Assembly: GCA_963663225.1 (NCBI GenBank)
Contig: OY760142.1
Location: 960,001 to 1,024,000 of the forward strand
Direction: 5' to 3'
Source: Nitrospirota bacterium
GTDB lineage: Bacteria; Nitrospirota; UBA9217
DNA: 64,000 bases
The notes beneath the pieces were generated by a model that searched no databases, was not told the DNA's origin, and saw only the letters and a program-made list of their open reading frames with translations. Below, piece after piece: positions 49,116-59,413 of this stretch. The translations under genes were made by a program, and so were the position numbers. Numbering within the stretch: position 1 is the stretch's first letter; each line of letters starts with the position of its first letter.

Positions 49116-50180
49116 ATGCAGACTATTGCATCTCTTAAAGAAGGCGACTGGATCGAAGAAATATATCTCGTAACGTCCAAGCAGATATCCACAGCCAAAA
49201 ACGGCGTAACCTATCTTTCCCTGAAACTTGCGGATAAAACCGGCGAGATCGACGGCAGACTGTGGGACAATGCCGACGATGTGGCAGGAAAGTTCGAGCG
49301 TGAAGATTTTGTACGCATTAAAGGAATGGTGTCCAATTATCAGGGCAGCATGCAGATCAAGATGAAGCAGCTCGAAAAAGTGGACGATGCCTCAGTGGAC
49401 ATCTCCAACTTTCTGGAATCGTCGCCCCGCAGCGTGGAAGACATGGTGGCGGAGCTGAAAACCGTTGTGACCGCGCTGTCCAACCCCCATCTGCAACGGC
49501 TTCTGAACGCTTTCTTAAACGATCCTGCATTCATGGGACCGTTTAAAAAGATACCCGCCGCCAAAGCATTGCACCATAATTATATCGGAGGTCTGCTCGA
49601 ACACGTGGTGGAGCTTATAACGCTCGCCCGGGATGTTGCAAAACATTTTCCCTCCGCGGATATGGACCTGGTGACTGCAGGCGCCTTTCTGCATGACATC
49701 GGCAAGGTGCGCGAACTGTCCGTAAGAAAATCGATTGAATACACGACGGAAGGCCGCCTGCTGGGCCATATTTCCCTCGGATATGAAATGGTCACGGAAA
49801 AAATCAATGCTCTTCCGGATTTCCCTCCTGAACTTGCCATGCTGATCAAGCATATTATGCTCTCACATCACGGTGAATATGAATATGGTTCACCCAAGAG
49901 GCCAAAAATTCGGGAAGCGCTCATCATCAACTACCTAGACGATCTCGCTGCCAAGATCAATAATTTCAGCGCAACCATCAAGAAAGAACAGGTGGGCGAA
50001 GGCGAATGGACTGCATTCAGCAAAATGCATGACCGATATCTTTACCGTCACGCTGTCTCCCCTGCTCCCTCGCATGCACAGGAAACCACCGAGGAGCCTA
50101 AGCAGCCGGCCCTTAAAACTGCAAAAAACAGCCAGCGGAACGTGTCTGATGTATCCGGAAAACTGCCGCTGGATATCTGA
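49116..50180 (+). CDS. yhaM: OB-fold + HD 3'-5' exoribonuclease (YhaM/Cbf1 family)
   Basis: N-terminal OB (LADKTGEI), HHNYIGGLLEH, LHDIGK, GRLLGHI, SHHG..EYGSP. Confidence 0.88.
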   Translation: MQTIASLKEGDWIEEIYLVTSKQISTAKNGVTYLSLKLADKTGEIDGRLWDNADDVAGKFEREDFVRIKGMVSNYQGSMQIKMKQLEKVDDASVDISNFLESSPRSVEDMVAELKTVVTALSNPHLQRLLNAFLNDPAFMGPFKKIPAAKALHHNYIGGLLEHVVELITLARDVAKHFPSADMDLVTAGAFLHDIGKVRELSVRKSIEYTTEGRLLGHISLGYEMVTEKINALPDFPPELAMLIKHIMLSHHGEYEYGSPKRPKIREALIINYLDDLAAKINNFSATIKKEQVGEGEWTAFSKMHDRYLYRHAVSPAPSHAQETTEEPKQPALKTAKNSQRNVSDVSGKLPLDI

Positions 50181-50188
50181 GGTATGTA

Positions 50189-51094
50189 ATGCTCAATGTT
50201 CTCCGCAGCCTGCGCGACGGTTTGGCAAAAACCCGCAAAGGCTTCAGCGATAAAATAGGCTCGCTTATCCTGGGAGAAAAGATTGATGAAACTTTTCTCG
50301 ATGAACTCGAAGAAGCGCTTATTGCGTCTGATGTGGGAATCGGAACCGCTTCATGGGTGCTGAAGGATTTGAGGGACAGATTCAACCGCCAGGAACTTTC
50401 CACACCGGTCCAGGTAAGAGACCGGCTCAAGCAGATACTGTATGAAATTCTCTCCGCTCAATCTTCCGTTTTTTCTCTTAAAACATCCCCGGCGGTGGTC
50501 CTTGTCGTCGGCGTGAATGGAACCGGAAAAACAACGACCATTGGAAAGCTCGCACATCGTCTTCAGACCGAGGGGAAAAAAGTGATGCTCGCCGCGGCAG
50601 ATACGTTTCGCGCGGCTGCCTCTGAACAACTCTCGATCTGGGGGGAACGCGCAGGGATTCCCGTGATCAAGCATCGGGAAGGGGCGGACCCGGGAGCAGT
50701 GGTTTTTGACGCTGTTTCCGCTGCAAAAGCCCGCTCCATGGATGTGCTTATCGTAGATACGGCGGGAAGACTGCATACAAAATCCAACCTTATGGAAGAA
50801 CTGAAAAAAGTGCACCGTATTATATCGCGGGAGCTGCCGGGAGCGCCGCATGAAACGCTCCTTGTGCTCGACGGAAACACCGGTCAGAACGCGCTGGTGC
50901 AGGCAAAAATGTTTCATGATGCGGTGGGCCTTACCGGCATCGTGCTTACCAAGCTTGATGGAACCTCCAAAGGGGGCATCGTCTTCGCCGTATACAAAGA
51001 GCTGGGGCTTGCGGTAAAGTTCGTGGGAATCGGGGAAGGCATTGAAGACCTTCGGGTTTTTAACCCAAAGGAATACGTCGACGCGCTGTTATAA
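50189..51094 (+). CDS. ftsY: SRP receptor FtsY (NG domain, no acidic region)
   Basis: GVNGTGKTTT, DTFRAAA, DTAGR, TKLDG. Confidence 0.97.
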   Translation: MLNVLRSLRDGLAKTRKGFSDKIGSLILGEKIDETFLDELEEALIASDVGIGTASWVLKDLRDRFNRQELSTPVQVRDRLKQILYEILSAQSSVFSLKTSPAVVLVVGVNGTGKTTTIGKLAHRLQTEGKKVMLAAADTFRAAASEQLSIWGERAGIPVIKHREGADPGAVVFDAVSAAKARSMDVLIVDTAGRLHTKSNLMEELKKVHRIISRELPGAPHETLLVLDGNTGQNALVQAKMFHDAVGLTGIVLTKLDGTSKGGIVFAVYKELGLAVKFVGIGEGIEDLRVFNPKEYVDALL

Positions 51095-51132
51095 GACAGG
51101 AACAACTGCTCTAGACTGATGGATATTTAATT

Positions 51133-51417
51133 ATGGAGAGTGTGCAGGTTGAGATATTTGGCCAGACATATAGCATTAAAGGCCAGAACAATCCGGAGTA
51201 TATCCGTGAGCTGGCCTCGTTCCTGAATGACAAAATGAAGGATGTGCAAAAAGGAACGGGCACTGTAGACCCGCTTCGCGTGGCCATTCTGACAGCACTT
51301 ACCATTAGTGACGAACTATATCGCCTTCGCGATCAACTCAGTGCTCTGGAAGAAACGACAGATGCGGCTGCAAAACGACTTTTGAATCTTACCGAACAAA
51401 TTGATACTGACAAATAG
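51133..51417 (+). CDS. zapA: Cell division protein ZapA
   Basis: VEIFGQTY, VAILTALTISDEL, coiled-coil C-terminus; precedes 6S RNA. Confidence 0.92.
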   Translation: MESVQVEIFGQTYSIKGQNNPEYIRELASFLNDKMKDVQKGTGTVDPLRVAILTALTISDELYRLRDQLSALEETTDAAAKRLLNLTEQIDTDK

Positions 51418-51615
51418 ACAATCTTTTCCTTTCACTGAATTCTTTCCTGAAAATATATTTTCTGAAGAGGCCGCCCTTTTTGGATTGTCCACGTGCAATA
51501 TACGATAATCGATTGAAATTAAAAGTTTTTTGTATCTAGCCCGGGAATGTATTCCTTTTTTCTCCTTGCCATTTCTGCATGATTCTGGTATATAATACAT
51601 ACAAGATATATTTGT

Positions 51616-51795
51616 TACCCCCTGCTTTGCGCGTGATAGATAGATCTTGTTCCTCGTGAATAAAAAATAACGGGAGCCATCATACGGAAAGGGTGTGCAT
51701 GCCCAGGCAAGACTGGGAAGCCTAAACTTTTCGACATGGCACCCACCTGGTTTATACCAGGAATCAAGAATGTCTGCACGGCAAAAGCGGGGGAT
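51616..51795 (+). ncRNA. ssrS: 6S RNA
   Basis: About 180 nt; terminal pairing CCCCCTGCTTTGC / GCAAAAGCGGGGG, inner CTTG/CAAG and GCCAT/ATGGC pairings; canonical position after zapA; TTGCCA..TATAAT promoter at 51566-51596. Confidence 0.85.
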
Positions 51796-52247
51796 TTCTC
51801 TATAACCTTATAACCTTTCAGAACGGCATCATAATTATTTTTTAATCGTTGATCAGCGCATATAAAGAAAGGGGCAGGATGTAAGGGCTCCAGCGCTTGT
51901 GATAGCATTTAGTATAAACGGAATACACGGAAGGCAACCGGAAGAATACGAATCTTCAAAGCAGTGAATGTGTATCAGTACCGCACGAAGATTTTACCAG
52001 TAATGCAACACTCGGAAACCATGGAGATATTTTGCAGATATAAAGTGCAACAAAACCTAGAGGACAGACCAGCCAGTACTAATACAGTTTTCCTGCGTTG
52101 GATTTTGACAGCAGCTGTTGTCAATGTTCTGTCCCGGAAATATCTGCAAACCACTTGATGCTTGATATCCCACGTACGGTGTTGTCCTGCTCTGGCCCGG
52201 TTTCCTGACCATCACAAGCCGCCCTGTATCCTCCTGAAGTAAACACA

Positions 52248-53597
52248 TTGGGCCTCAAGAACCCCAAAAAACAGTTAACGGCTGACTTTGCCTCGTCCCG
52301 CCCCGCTGATGCACCGCTTGCGTGGAGAATGCGGCCCCGCGATTTCTCCGAATTCATGGGGCAAGAGCACATTCTCGCGCCGGGCAAACTCCTGCGCCGG
52401 GCCATCGAAGCAGACCGTTTCGTGTCGATTATTCTGTTCGGCCCCCCGGGCGTGGGAAAAACCGCATTTGCGCACCTGATTGCCGAGCGCAGCCAGGCTC
52501 GCTTTGTATCCCTCAACGCGGTAACAGCAGGCATTGCTGATATACGAAAAGTCACCCAGGAAGCCGAAAACGAACGTGCGCAGAACGACACGAAAACCAT
52601 ACTGTTCATTGATGAAATACATCGTTTCACGCGGGTGCAGCAGGACGCGCTTCTTCCTGATGTTGAACAGGGAACCGTTACCCTTGTGGGAGCCTCGACG
52701 CAAAATCCATTTTTTGCCATCATCCCTGCACTTTCTTCCCGTTCCCAGATTTTCGAATTCAAGCCGCTCAAAAATGACGACATCAAAGCGTTGCTTCTCA
52801 GGGCTCTTGCAGACAAGGAACGGGGTTTTGGCACCCTGCCCGTAACCCTGACGCCTGAAGCACTCGATCTTATCGTTGCAAAGTCCAACGGGGACGCCCG
52901 GCGCGCTCTGAATGCTCTCGAACTCGGCGTGCTTTCCACAACACCGGCTTCGGACGGCAATATTCTGCTTGATCTACAAACGGCGGAAGAATCCATCCAG
53001 AAGAAAGCGCTGGTTTACGATGAAGACGAGCACTATGATACAATCTCTGCATTTATCAAAAGCATGCGCGGAAGCGACCCGCAGGCAGCGCTTTATTGGA
53101 TGGCAAAAATGATCTATGCCGGCGAAGACCCGCTGTTCATTGCCCGCAGAATCGTGATTGCTGCGAGCGAGGACGTAGGAAATGCGGACCCGAGGGCACT
53201 CCTTGTCGCCACGGCGGCATACCAGGCGGTTGAACGCATAGGAATGCCCGAGGGAGCACTGTCGCTTGCGCAGGCCGCTGTTTATATCGCTGCAGCGCCT
53301 AAAAGCAATGCCGCCTGCCTCGGCATCAAAGCAGCTATGAAGGATTTGGAAGCGGGAACCTTATTGGCGGTGCCGGACCATCTCAAAGATGCGCATTACA
53401 AAGGAGCGGCCCGGCTCGGCCGGGGCAAAGGCTACCGGTACCCGCACGATTATCCGGGCCACTATGTCGCCCAGGACTACCTGCCGCAGAAGCAGAAGCG
53501 GGAATACTATCGACCCACGGAGCAAGGCGAAGAAAAGAGAATCAAGGAGCGCCTTGCCGGGTTGCAGAAGAGGTACCAGGAGGAAAAACATGATTGA
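52248..53597 (+). CDS. rarA: Replication-associated recombination protein A (MgsA/RarA)
   Basis: [48 protein letters not shown]. Confidence 0.95.
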   Translation: MGLKNPKKQLTADFASSRPADAPLAWRMRPRDFSEFMGQEHILAPGKLLRRAIEADRFVSIILFGPPGVGKTAFAHLIAERSQARFVSLNAVTAGIADIRKVTQEAENERAQNDTKTILFIDEIHRFTRVQQDALLPDVEQGTVTLVGASTQNPFFAIIPALSSRSQIFEFKPLKNDDIKALLLRALADKERGFGTLPVTLTPEALDLIVAKSNGDARRALNALELGVLSTTPASDGNILLDLQTAEESIQKKALVYDEDEHYDTISAFIKSMRGSDPQAALYWMAKMIYAGEDPLFIARRIVIAASEDVGNADPRALLVATAAYQAVERIGMPEGALSLAQAAVYIAAAPKSNAACLGIKAAMKDLEAGTLLAVPDHLKDAHYKGAARLGRGKGYRYPHDYPGHYVAQDYLPQKQKREYYRPTEQGEEKRIKERLAGLQKRYQEEKHD

Positions 53598-55149
53598 AAG
53601 TTATATTTTACTTGCATTAGCCGGACTTGCCGTAGGATTCGGCCTCGGTCTTATGATCAAGGGACGGGCGGCGGCATCAAAAATCAAAGATGCGGAAGCA
53701 GAAGCGGCAAAAATTATTTCGACAGCGGAACGCGAGGCCGAGACAAAACGCAAAGAAGCCGTACTTGAGGTTAAAGACAAACTCTACCAGGCGCGGGCTG
53801 ACTTTGAAAAGGAAAATCGCGATAAACGACAGGAGCTCCAAAACCAGGAGCGACGACTTGCTCAGCGGGAAGAAATTATCGAAAAGAAGTTCGATACGAT
53901 TGAAAAGAGGGAGTCGGACACCAGCCGTCGCGAACGAGAGCTTACAGCGAAGGAAAAAATCGTAGCAGAAACGGAAGAACGCTTCGAAAAGGGACTGCAT
54001 GAACAGCGTCTTATGCTCGAAAAAATAGCGAGTATGACCGCCGAAGAAGCAAAGCGGCAGCTTATGCTTTCCATGGAAGATGAAGCCAAATACGAGGCGG
54101 CAAAAACCATCAAACGGATTGAGGATGAAGCGAAAGAAGAAGCCGATAAAAAGGCTAAAAATATTATCAGCCTTGCCATCCAACGCTACGCAAGCGACTA
54201 TGTCGCGGAAGCAACGGTATCCGTTGTGAACCTGCCGAACGATGAAATGAAAGGAAGAATCATCGGACGGGAAGGACGCAATATCCGGGCCCTTGAAGCC
54301 GCGACCGGAATCGACCTGATCATCGATGATACACCCGAAGCGGTCATTCTTTCCTGTTATGACCCGCTCCGGAGAGAAATCGCCCGCCTGACCATCGAGC
54401 GGCTTATTCACGACGGGCGCATACACCCCGCCCGCATAGAAGAAATCGCGGAAAAAGTCAAAAAAGACCTGGATATTGCCATGAAGGAAGAGGGTGAAAA
54501 AGCGGCCTTCGACCTCGGCATCCACAATATGCATCCGGAAATCATCAAGCTCATCGGCAGACTCAAATACCGGACAAGCTACGGCCAGAACGTGCTCATG
54601 CACGCGCGAGAGGTTGCCTACTTCGCCGGCATTATGGCGGCGGAATGCGGCGTCGACCAAAAGCTGGCGCGCCGCGCAGGCCTCCTCCACGATCTGGGCA
54701 AGGCCGTGGACCACGAAGTGGAGGGAACACATCCTCAGATCGGCGCTGATATTGCCAAAAAATATGGTGAATCTCCAAAAGTAATCAACACCATTATGAC
54801 GCATCACGGCGAAGGGGAGCCGAGCAGCGTTGAATCCGTCCTGGTTGCCGCCGCAGATGCTCTTTCGGCAGGCAGACCCGGCGTCCGGCGCGAGACACTG
54901 GAGAGCTACCTGAAGCGGCTTGAACAGCTGGAACAGACGGCAAACACCTTTAAGGGTGTAGAAAAGTCCTATGCCATTCAGGCGGGACGTGAAATCAGGA
55001 TTATTGTAAAACCGGAGGACCTTTCAGATGCTCATTCGGCCCAGCTCTCCCGCGATATTGCCAAGAAAATCGAGCAGGAACTTTCCTACCCCGGCCAGAT
55101 CAAGGTAACCGTAGTGCGGGAAAGCAGATATGTGGAGTATGCGAAGTAA
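53590..55149 (+). CDS. rny: Ribonuclease Y
   Basis: N-terminal TM, coiled coil, KH ([12 protein letters not shown]), HD (LHDLGK), AIQAGREIR; start MIESY overlapping rarA. Confidence 0.97.
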   Translation: MIESYILLALAGLAVGFGLGLMIKGRAAASKIKDAEAEAAKIISTAEREAETKRKEAVLEVKDKLYQARADFEKENRDKRQELQNQERRLAQREEIIEKKFDTIEKRESDTSRRERELTAKEKIVAETEERFEKGLHEQRLMLEKIASMTAEEAKRQLMLSMEDEAKYEAAKTIKRIEDEAKEEADKKAKNIISLAIQRYASDYVAEATVSVVNLPNDEMKGRIIGREGRNIRALEAATGIDLIIDDTPEAVILSCYDPLRREIARLTIERLIHDGRIHPARIEEIAEKVKKDLDIAMKEEGEKAAFDLGIHNMHPEIIKLIGRLKYRTSYGQNVLMHAREVAYFAGIMAAECGVDQKLARRAGLLHDLGKAVDHEVEGTHPQIGADIAKKYGESPKVINTIMTHHGEGEPSSVESVLVAAADALSAGRPGVRRETLESYLKRLEQLEQTANTFKGVEKSYAIQAGREIRIIVKPEDLSDAHSAQLSRDIAKKIEQELSYPGQIKVTVVRESRYVEYAK

Positions 55150-55201
55150 CCGCGTTGCGGAGACAGGACGTTAAGGTGCATCATGCGCAGGGGGGAATTC
55201 C

Positions 55202-55981
55202 GTGAAGGTTTTATTCGTCGGTGATATTATCGGAGAACCAGGCAGGAAGGCGCTGAAAGCGCAATTCGCCGGTTTGATTGAAGCTCATCACCCTGATCTC
55301 GTGATTGCAAACGGTGAAAACGCCGCCGGAGGTTTCGGCATCACGTCGGAGATTGCTGACGAATTGTTCTTTCTCGGAGTCGACGTCCTGACATCCGGCA
55401 ATCATATCTGGGACAAAAAAGAAATCGAGCCGTATCTTAATAAGCAAGACCGGCTTATCAGGCCTGCGAACTACCCCGCGGGGAATCCGGGATCCGGCAG
55501 CGTGGTCGTCTCCACACGCAGTGCAGGAGACGCCGCGGTGCTGAACCTGGAGGGAAACGTTTTCATGTCGAATCTCGACAATCCCTTCCGTGTTGCGGAG
55601 CGCGAACTCGAAAAGCTCAAAAAACAAACACCGGTTGTGCTGATCGATTTCCATGCGGAAGCGACCTCCGAAAAAATCGCACTTGCCTGGCACCTGGACG
55701 GCAAAGCAAGCGCGGTGATCGGGACTCACACGCATGTACAGACCGCGGATGAACGCATCCTGCCGGGCGGCACCGCCTTTATTACCGACGTAGGCATGAC
55801 AGGCCCCACAGACTCAATCATCGGAGTGAAAAAAGAACAAGCCATCGCGCGGTTTTTATATCAAACCCCGCATCGCTTCGAAATCCCGAAGGGGCCGGTC
55901 CATCTTTGTGCAGTGCTTCTTGATATCGACGTCAAAAGCGGCATGGCGCTTTCCATTCAAAGAATACATATCAAATCATAA
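55202..55981 (+). CDS. ymdB: YmdB-family metallophosphoesterase
   Basis: GDIIG, NGENAAGG, SGNH, DFHAEATSEK, GTHTHV; follows rny. Confidence 0.94.
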   Translation: MKVLFVGDIIGEPGRKALKAQFAGLIEAHHPDLVIANGENAAGGFGITSEIADELFFLGVDVLTSGNHIWDKKEIEPYLNKQDRLIRPANYPAGNPGSGSVVVSTRSAGDAAVLNLEGNVFMSNLDNPFRVAERELEKLKKQTPVVLIDFHAEATSEKIALAWHLDGKASAVIGTHTHVQTADERILPGGTAFITDVGMTGPTDSIIGVKKEQAIARFLYQTPHRFEIPKGPVHLCAVLLDIDVKSGMALSIQRIHIKS

Positions 55982-56004
55982 TGTTTGCAGAGTCATGAGG
56001 TCCC

Positions 56005-57213
56005 GTGAGCATCATCATGGAAACCCATATTCTAACCGTCACTCAACTTACCGGCCGGATTAAAAATCTTTTGGAAAACTCCCTTCCCGAGATCTGGGTA
56101 GAGGGAGAAATTTCCAATTTCAGCATTCCCCAGTCAGGCCACGCTTATTTCACCCTCAAGGATGAACACAGCCAGATCCGCGCGGTGCTTTTTCGCTCTG
56201 CACAACGGTTCATAAAATTTACGCTGCAACACGGCATGCACGTAACCTGCCGGGGAAGAGTCACTGTTTACGAGCCGCGGGGAGAATACCAGCTCATCCT
56301 TGAATATGTCGAACCTAAAGGCATCGGAGCGCTTCAGCTGGCATTCGAACAGCTCAAAGCCCGGCTTGAAAAAGAAGGCTTGTTTGACCGGGAACGCAAA
56401 CAATCCATTCCGGCGCTTCCCCGGCGCATCGGGATTATTACATCGCCAAGCGGTGCGGCCTTGCGGGACATTCTGCGCGTGATGAAGCGGAGGCATCCGA
56501 GAATCCAAATCCTTATCTACCCCGTGCCCGTACAAGGCGCGGACGCAGCTCCGGCAATTGTCGATGCAATCCGCTTTTTCAACCGCGAGAAGAAGGCGGA
56601 CGTGATGATTGTCGGCCGGGGCGGTGGCTCTCTCGAAGACCTGTGGGCCTTCAATGAAGAAAAAGTCGCCCGCGCCTTCTCCGCATCGAAAATTCCGATA
56701 ATATCCGCTGTCGGACATGAAACGGACTATACGATTGCGGATTTTGTGTCTGATCTCCGAGCTCCGACTCCGTCCGCCGCAGCGGAAATGGTGGTAGAAA
56801 CGGAAGAGCACCTCCGCAAACGCCTAGCCACCCTTGAGGCCGGCCTTATCAGAAATATTCGATTGCGTATTGAACGGACCCGCCTGTTGTGCAAACAAAG
56901 CCAGCAGCTTCTTGGAAATCCCCGGCAGCAGCTGGAGCAGTACGCTCAGCGAGTGGACGAATTGACGGAAAGGGCCGCGACGGGAATCGGAAATCACGTG
57001 CAGAAAAAGCGAGCAGCCCTCCTTTCGTTCACATCAGCGCTCGGCCATTTGAATCCACTCAGCATTCTCTCCCGCGGGTTCAGCATTACGAAACAGTATC
57101 CTTCCGGCATTATCCTTAAAGAGTCGTCTCAGGTTGCCGCGGGAGATCTCCTGATCACCCGGTTACACACGGGAGAACTGCTTTCACGGGTCGAGAAAGC
57201 AATTCCTGATTAA
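56005..57213 (+). CDS. xseA: Exodeoxyribonuclease VII large subunit
   Basis: GEISN, GHAYFTLKD, RGGGSLEDLWAFN, GHETD, APTPSAAA. Confidence 0.96.
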   Translation: MSIIMETHILTVTQLTGRIKNLLENSLPEIWVEGEISNFSIPQSGHAYFTLKDEHSQIRAVLFRSAQRFIKFTLQHGMHVTCRGRVTVYEPRGEYQLILEYVEPKGIGALQLAFEQLKARLEKEGLFDRERKQSIPALPRRIGIITSPSGAALRDILRVMKRRHPRIQILIYPVPVQGADAAPAIVDAIRFFNREKKADVMIVGRGGGSLEDLWAFNEEKVARAFSASKIPIISAVGHETDYTIADFVSDLRAPTPSAAAEMVVETEEHLRKRLATLEAGLIRNIRLRIERTRLLCKQSQQLLGNPRQQLEQYAQRVDELTERAATGIGNHVQKKRAALLSFTSALGHLNPLSILSRGFSITKQYPSGIILKESSQVAAGDLLITRLHTGELLSRVEKAIPD

Positions 57214-57298
57214 CACTCCGTCCCAAAACACGCTGCGTTCTGCGTTTTTGTGATTGTTTTGGCTCCTGTTTCGTAATCAGTATCTTCCCCAATTTTTT

Positions 57299-57327
57299 TT
57301 GACACTAAAACACTCTTATGATATTCT
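57299..57327 (+). promoter_or_regulatory. Sigma-70 promoter, probably leaderless transcript
   Basis: TTGACA-17-(TG-A)TATTCT ending 7 nt before ATG 57335; no SD. Confidence 0.55.
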
Positions 57328-57334
57328 GAACAGT

Positions 57335-59413
57335 ATGCAAGAAGAAGCAAAAGCTCAGGGAACAATCCCTCCTGATGTTCCGGATGTTATGCGGAGCCTG
57401 ATTGCCGCTATCAGAGCTGTAAAGTTGTACCCGTCCAATAATCCCATATATTCGCAGTCCATAAAAAAATCCTACGAAGCGCTGTCTCATTTTCTAAAAA
57501 CCACACCGGTGTATCATCTTGGCATTCAAAAAACCTATTTTACCTATGAAGCGACCCCGGTAGGCAAAGATACGCAAGTCAATAAGCCCGTGGCGCAGGA
57601 CCTGTTTGCAAAAGGAATGCGGGAAATTTTTTTCAACGAGGGGCTGCAAGAAGCAGAACTCCTGTTGCTGCTGAAAGCACTTGCGCTTTCTCCGGAAGAA
57701 TTGGGGATGAAAAACGGAGTAGCCTCGATTCTCTGGGAGTCGGATGCCCTGAATATCAAGGTCACTGAAGCAGGTCTCGGAGAAATCATCTCCGTAAAAT
57801 CAGATGCCGCTGCAGACGCAAAAGCAAATGCGCAAAAACTTGCCCAGACCCCGGTCCCGAAAGACATATTGCCTTCGGGCCGCACTTTGGTTCTCAGCGA
57901 TTTAATGACCGATCCGGAAGGCTTCGGAGCCGGCATGGCGGAAGCCGCCAGAAGGACCCGTGAGGAACACGAAAGCGTTGAAGACAGGCTCTTTTCGCTG
58001 TATCAGGAAGCAGGCCGCGAAATTCGCGAGAAGCATCCGAACCAGAGCGATGCCATGTTCGAAAAGCTGGCGCAATCAGCCCTTTCACTTGAACCGCCGT
58101 TGCGGGACGGGCTTATCGGCGGAAAGCTGTATGGCGACTACGACGCAGAAACTGCAAACGAACAAAAAGCCGAAATCGAGGAACACGTGCCGAATGAGCT
58201 TCATGAAATTTTATCCGGCCGTTTTTCCAATGTATGGAATCTGAAACAGGTTACTGCGCTATTGAAAAAATCGTCTGAAAAAAAACCGACACCATCGGGA
58301 CCGCCCCCCTCTCCGCAAACCCTTGTTGCTGAACCGGTTCCGTCCGATATTGGTGAAATGGCGCGAGAAATGGGGGAATACACCACGCAGGAGATGGAAG
58401 AGCTCAAAACGATGGGGGAATTGGGCCTTGAATCGGACATTGTTGAAGCCGCGGTACGCACCCTCATTTTCCTCCTCCCTCAGGTAAGAAACCCTCACCG
58501 CTCTTCAAGCGAAGAGCATGATCTTGAGGTCTTCTCCGGCATTGTCCATCAACTTGAAGACATCCTCAGCTATCTTCTGAAACAACAGGACTATGATCTT
58601 TCTTCTCTCATCTTTCGGGCGTTTCAAATGCCGGTAGAAGCCGCTTTTAAGCCCCGCATGGAAGAGGCCATTCAAAAATTTGTTTCCAAGGCCACCATCG
58701 CTGAAACAATCAATGCCATGCACACCCACCCAAAAGGTTCTCCACAATACCGCTCTGCCTATGCATACCTGACCATTTTCGAAACCGAAACCACGGGAGT
58801 TCTGCTGGAGCTCCTGGCCGAAGAGCAGGACAGATCGATGCGCGTCTTTTTCCTCGGACTTCTGAAAGATTTTGGGAAGAATCAGCTCCAGCTGTTGAGC
58901 GTATATCTTTCGGACCATCGCTGGTATGTCGTCCGTAATGTTGTAAGCATTCTGGGAGAAAGCAAATCAGAACAAGCATTCACCTATTTCCAAAAAGTCG
59001 CGGATTATCCGGATGCCAGAATACGGCAGGAAGTTGTCAAGGGACTGGTTTCCCTGGGCGGAAAAAAGGCGGTCGGGCTTCTCGCAAAATTCCTGGAAGA
59101 CCCGACGGAGGACATCCGGGTAATGGCAATCCGGGGCTTTGCCGGCATCACCCATGCCGGCTCTGAAGAATCCCGGTTTCTTATCGCTTTTCTCGAAAAA
59201 CGACCGATTAAAAAAAGGGAACAGGATCATACGATAGAAGCTATTAAGTCGCTCGCCAAAATCGGCGGTCGGGACGCGGCAGATTTTTTAAAGAGATATA
59301 CCCGCATTCGATGGTGGAAACCCCGGAAACTTCAGCTTGAGCTCCGGGCCGCCGCGCAGCGAGCCATGGAAGAAATCTCAAGGAGACAGGGCAATGGCAG
59401 AACCGCAGTTTGA
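57335..59413 (+). CDS. HEAT-repeat protein with uncharacterised N-terminal LYPxxNP domain
   Basis: C-terminal HEAT repeats (WYVVRNVVSILG, DARIRQEVVKGL, DIRVMAIRGF); start MQEEA. Confidence 0.8.
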   Translation: MQEEAKAQGTIPPDVPDVMRSLIAAIRAVKLYPSNNPIYSQSIKKSYEALSHFLKTTPVYHLGIQKTYFTYEATPVGKDTQVNKPVAQDLFAKGMREIFFNEGLQEAELLLLLKALALSPEELGMKNGVASILWESDALNIKVTEAGLGEIISVKSDAAADAKANAQKLAQTPVPKDILPSGRTLVLSDLMTDPEGFGAGMAEAARRTREEHESVEDRLFSLYQEAGREIREKHPNQSDAMFEKLAQSALSLEPPLRDGLIGGKLYGDYDAETANEQKAEIEEHVPNELHEILSGRFSNVWNLKQVTALLKKSSEKKPTPSGPPPSPQTLVAEPVPSDIGEMAREMGEYTTQEMEELKTMGELGLESDIVEAAVRTLIFLLPQVRNPHRSSSEEHDLEVFSGIVHQLEDILSYLLKQQDYDLSSLIFRAFQMPVEAAFKPRMEEAIQKFVSKATIAETINAMHTHPKGSPQYRSAYAYLTIFETETTGVLLELLAEEQDRSMRVFFLGLLKDFGKNQLQLLSVYLSDHRWYVVRNVVSILGESKSEQAFTYFQKVADYPDARIRQEVVKGLVSLGGKKAVGLLAKFLEDPTEDIRVMAIRGFAGITHAGSEESRFLIAFLEKRPIKKREQDHTIEAIKSLAKIGGRDAADFLKRYTRIRWWKPRKLQLELRAAAQRAMEEISRRQGNGRTAV

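Noticed and set aside
51615-52248. Short ORFs over the 6S RNA and the following gap
   Set aside because: One is antisense to 6S; the others lack an RBS or protein-like features, though 51964-52158 cannot be fully excluded
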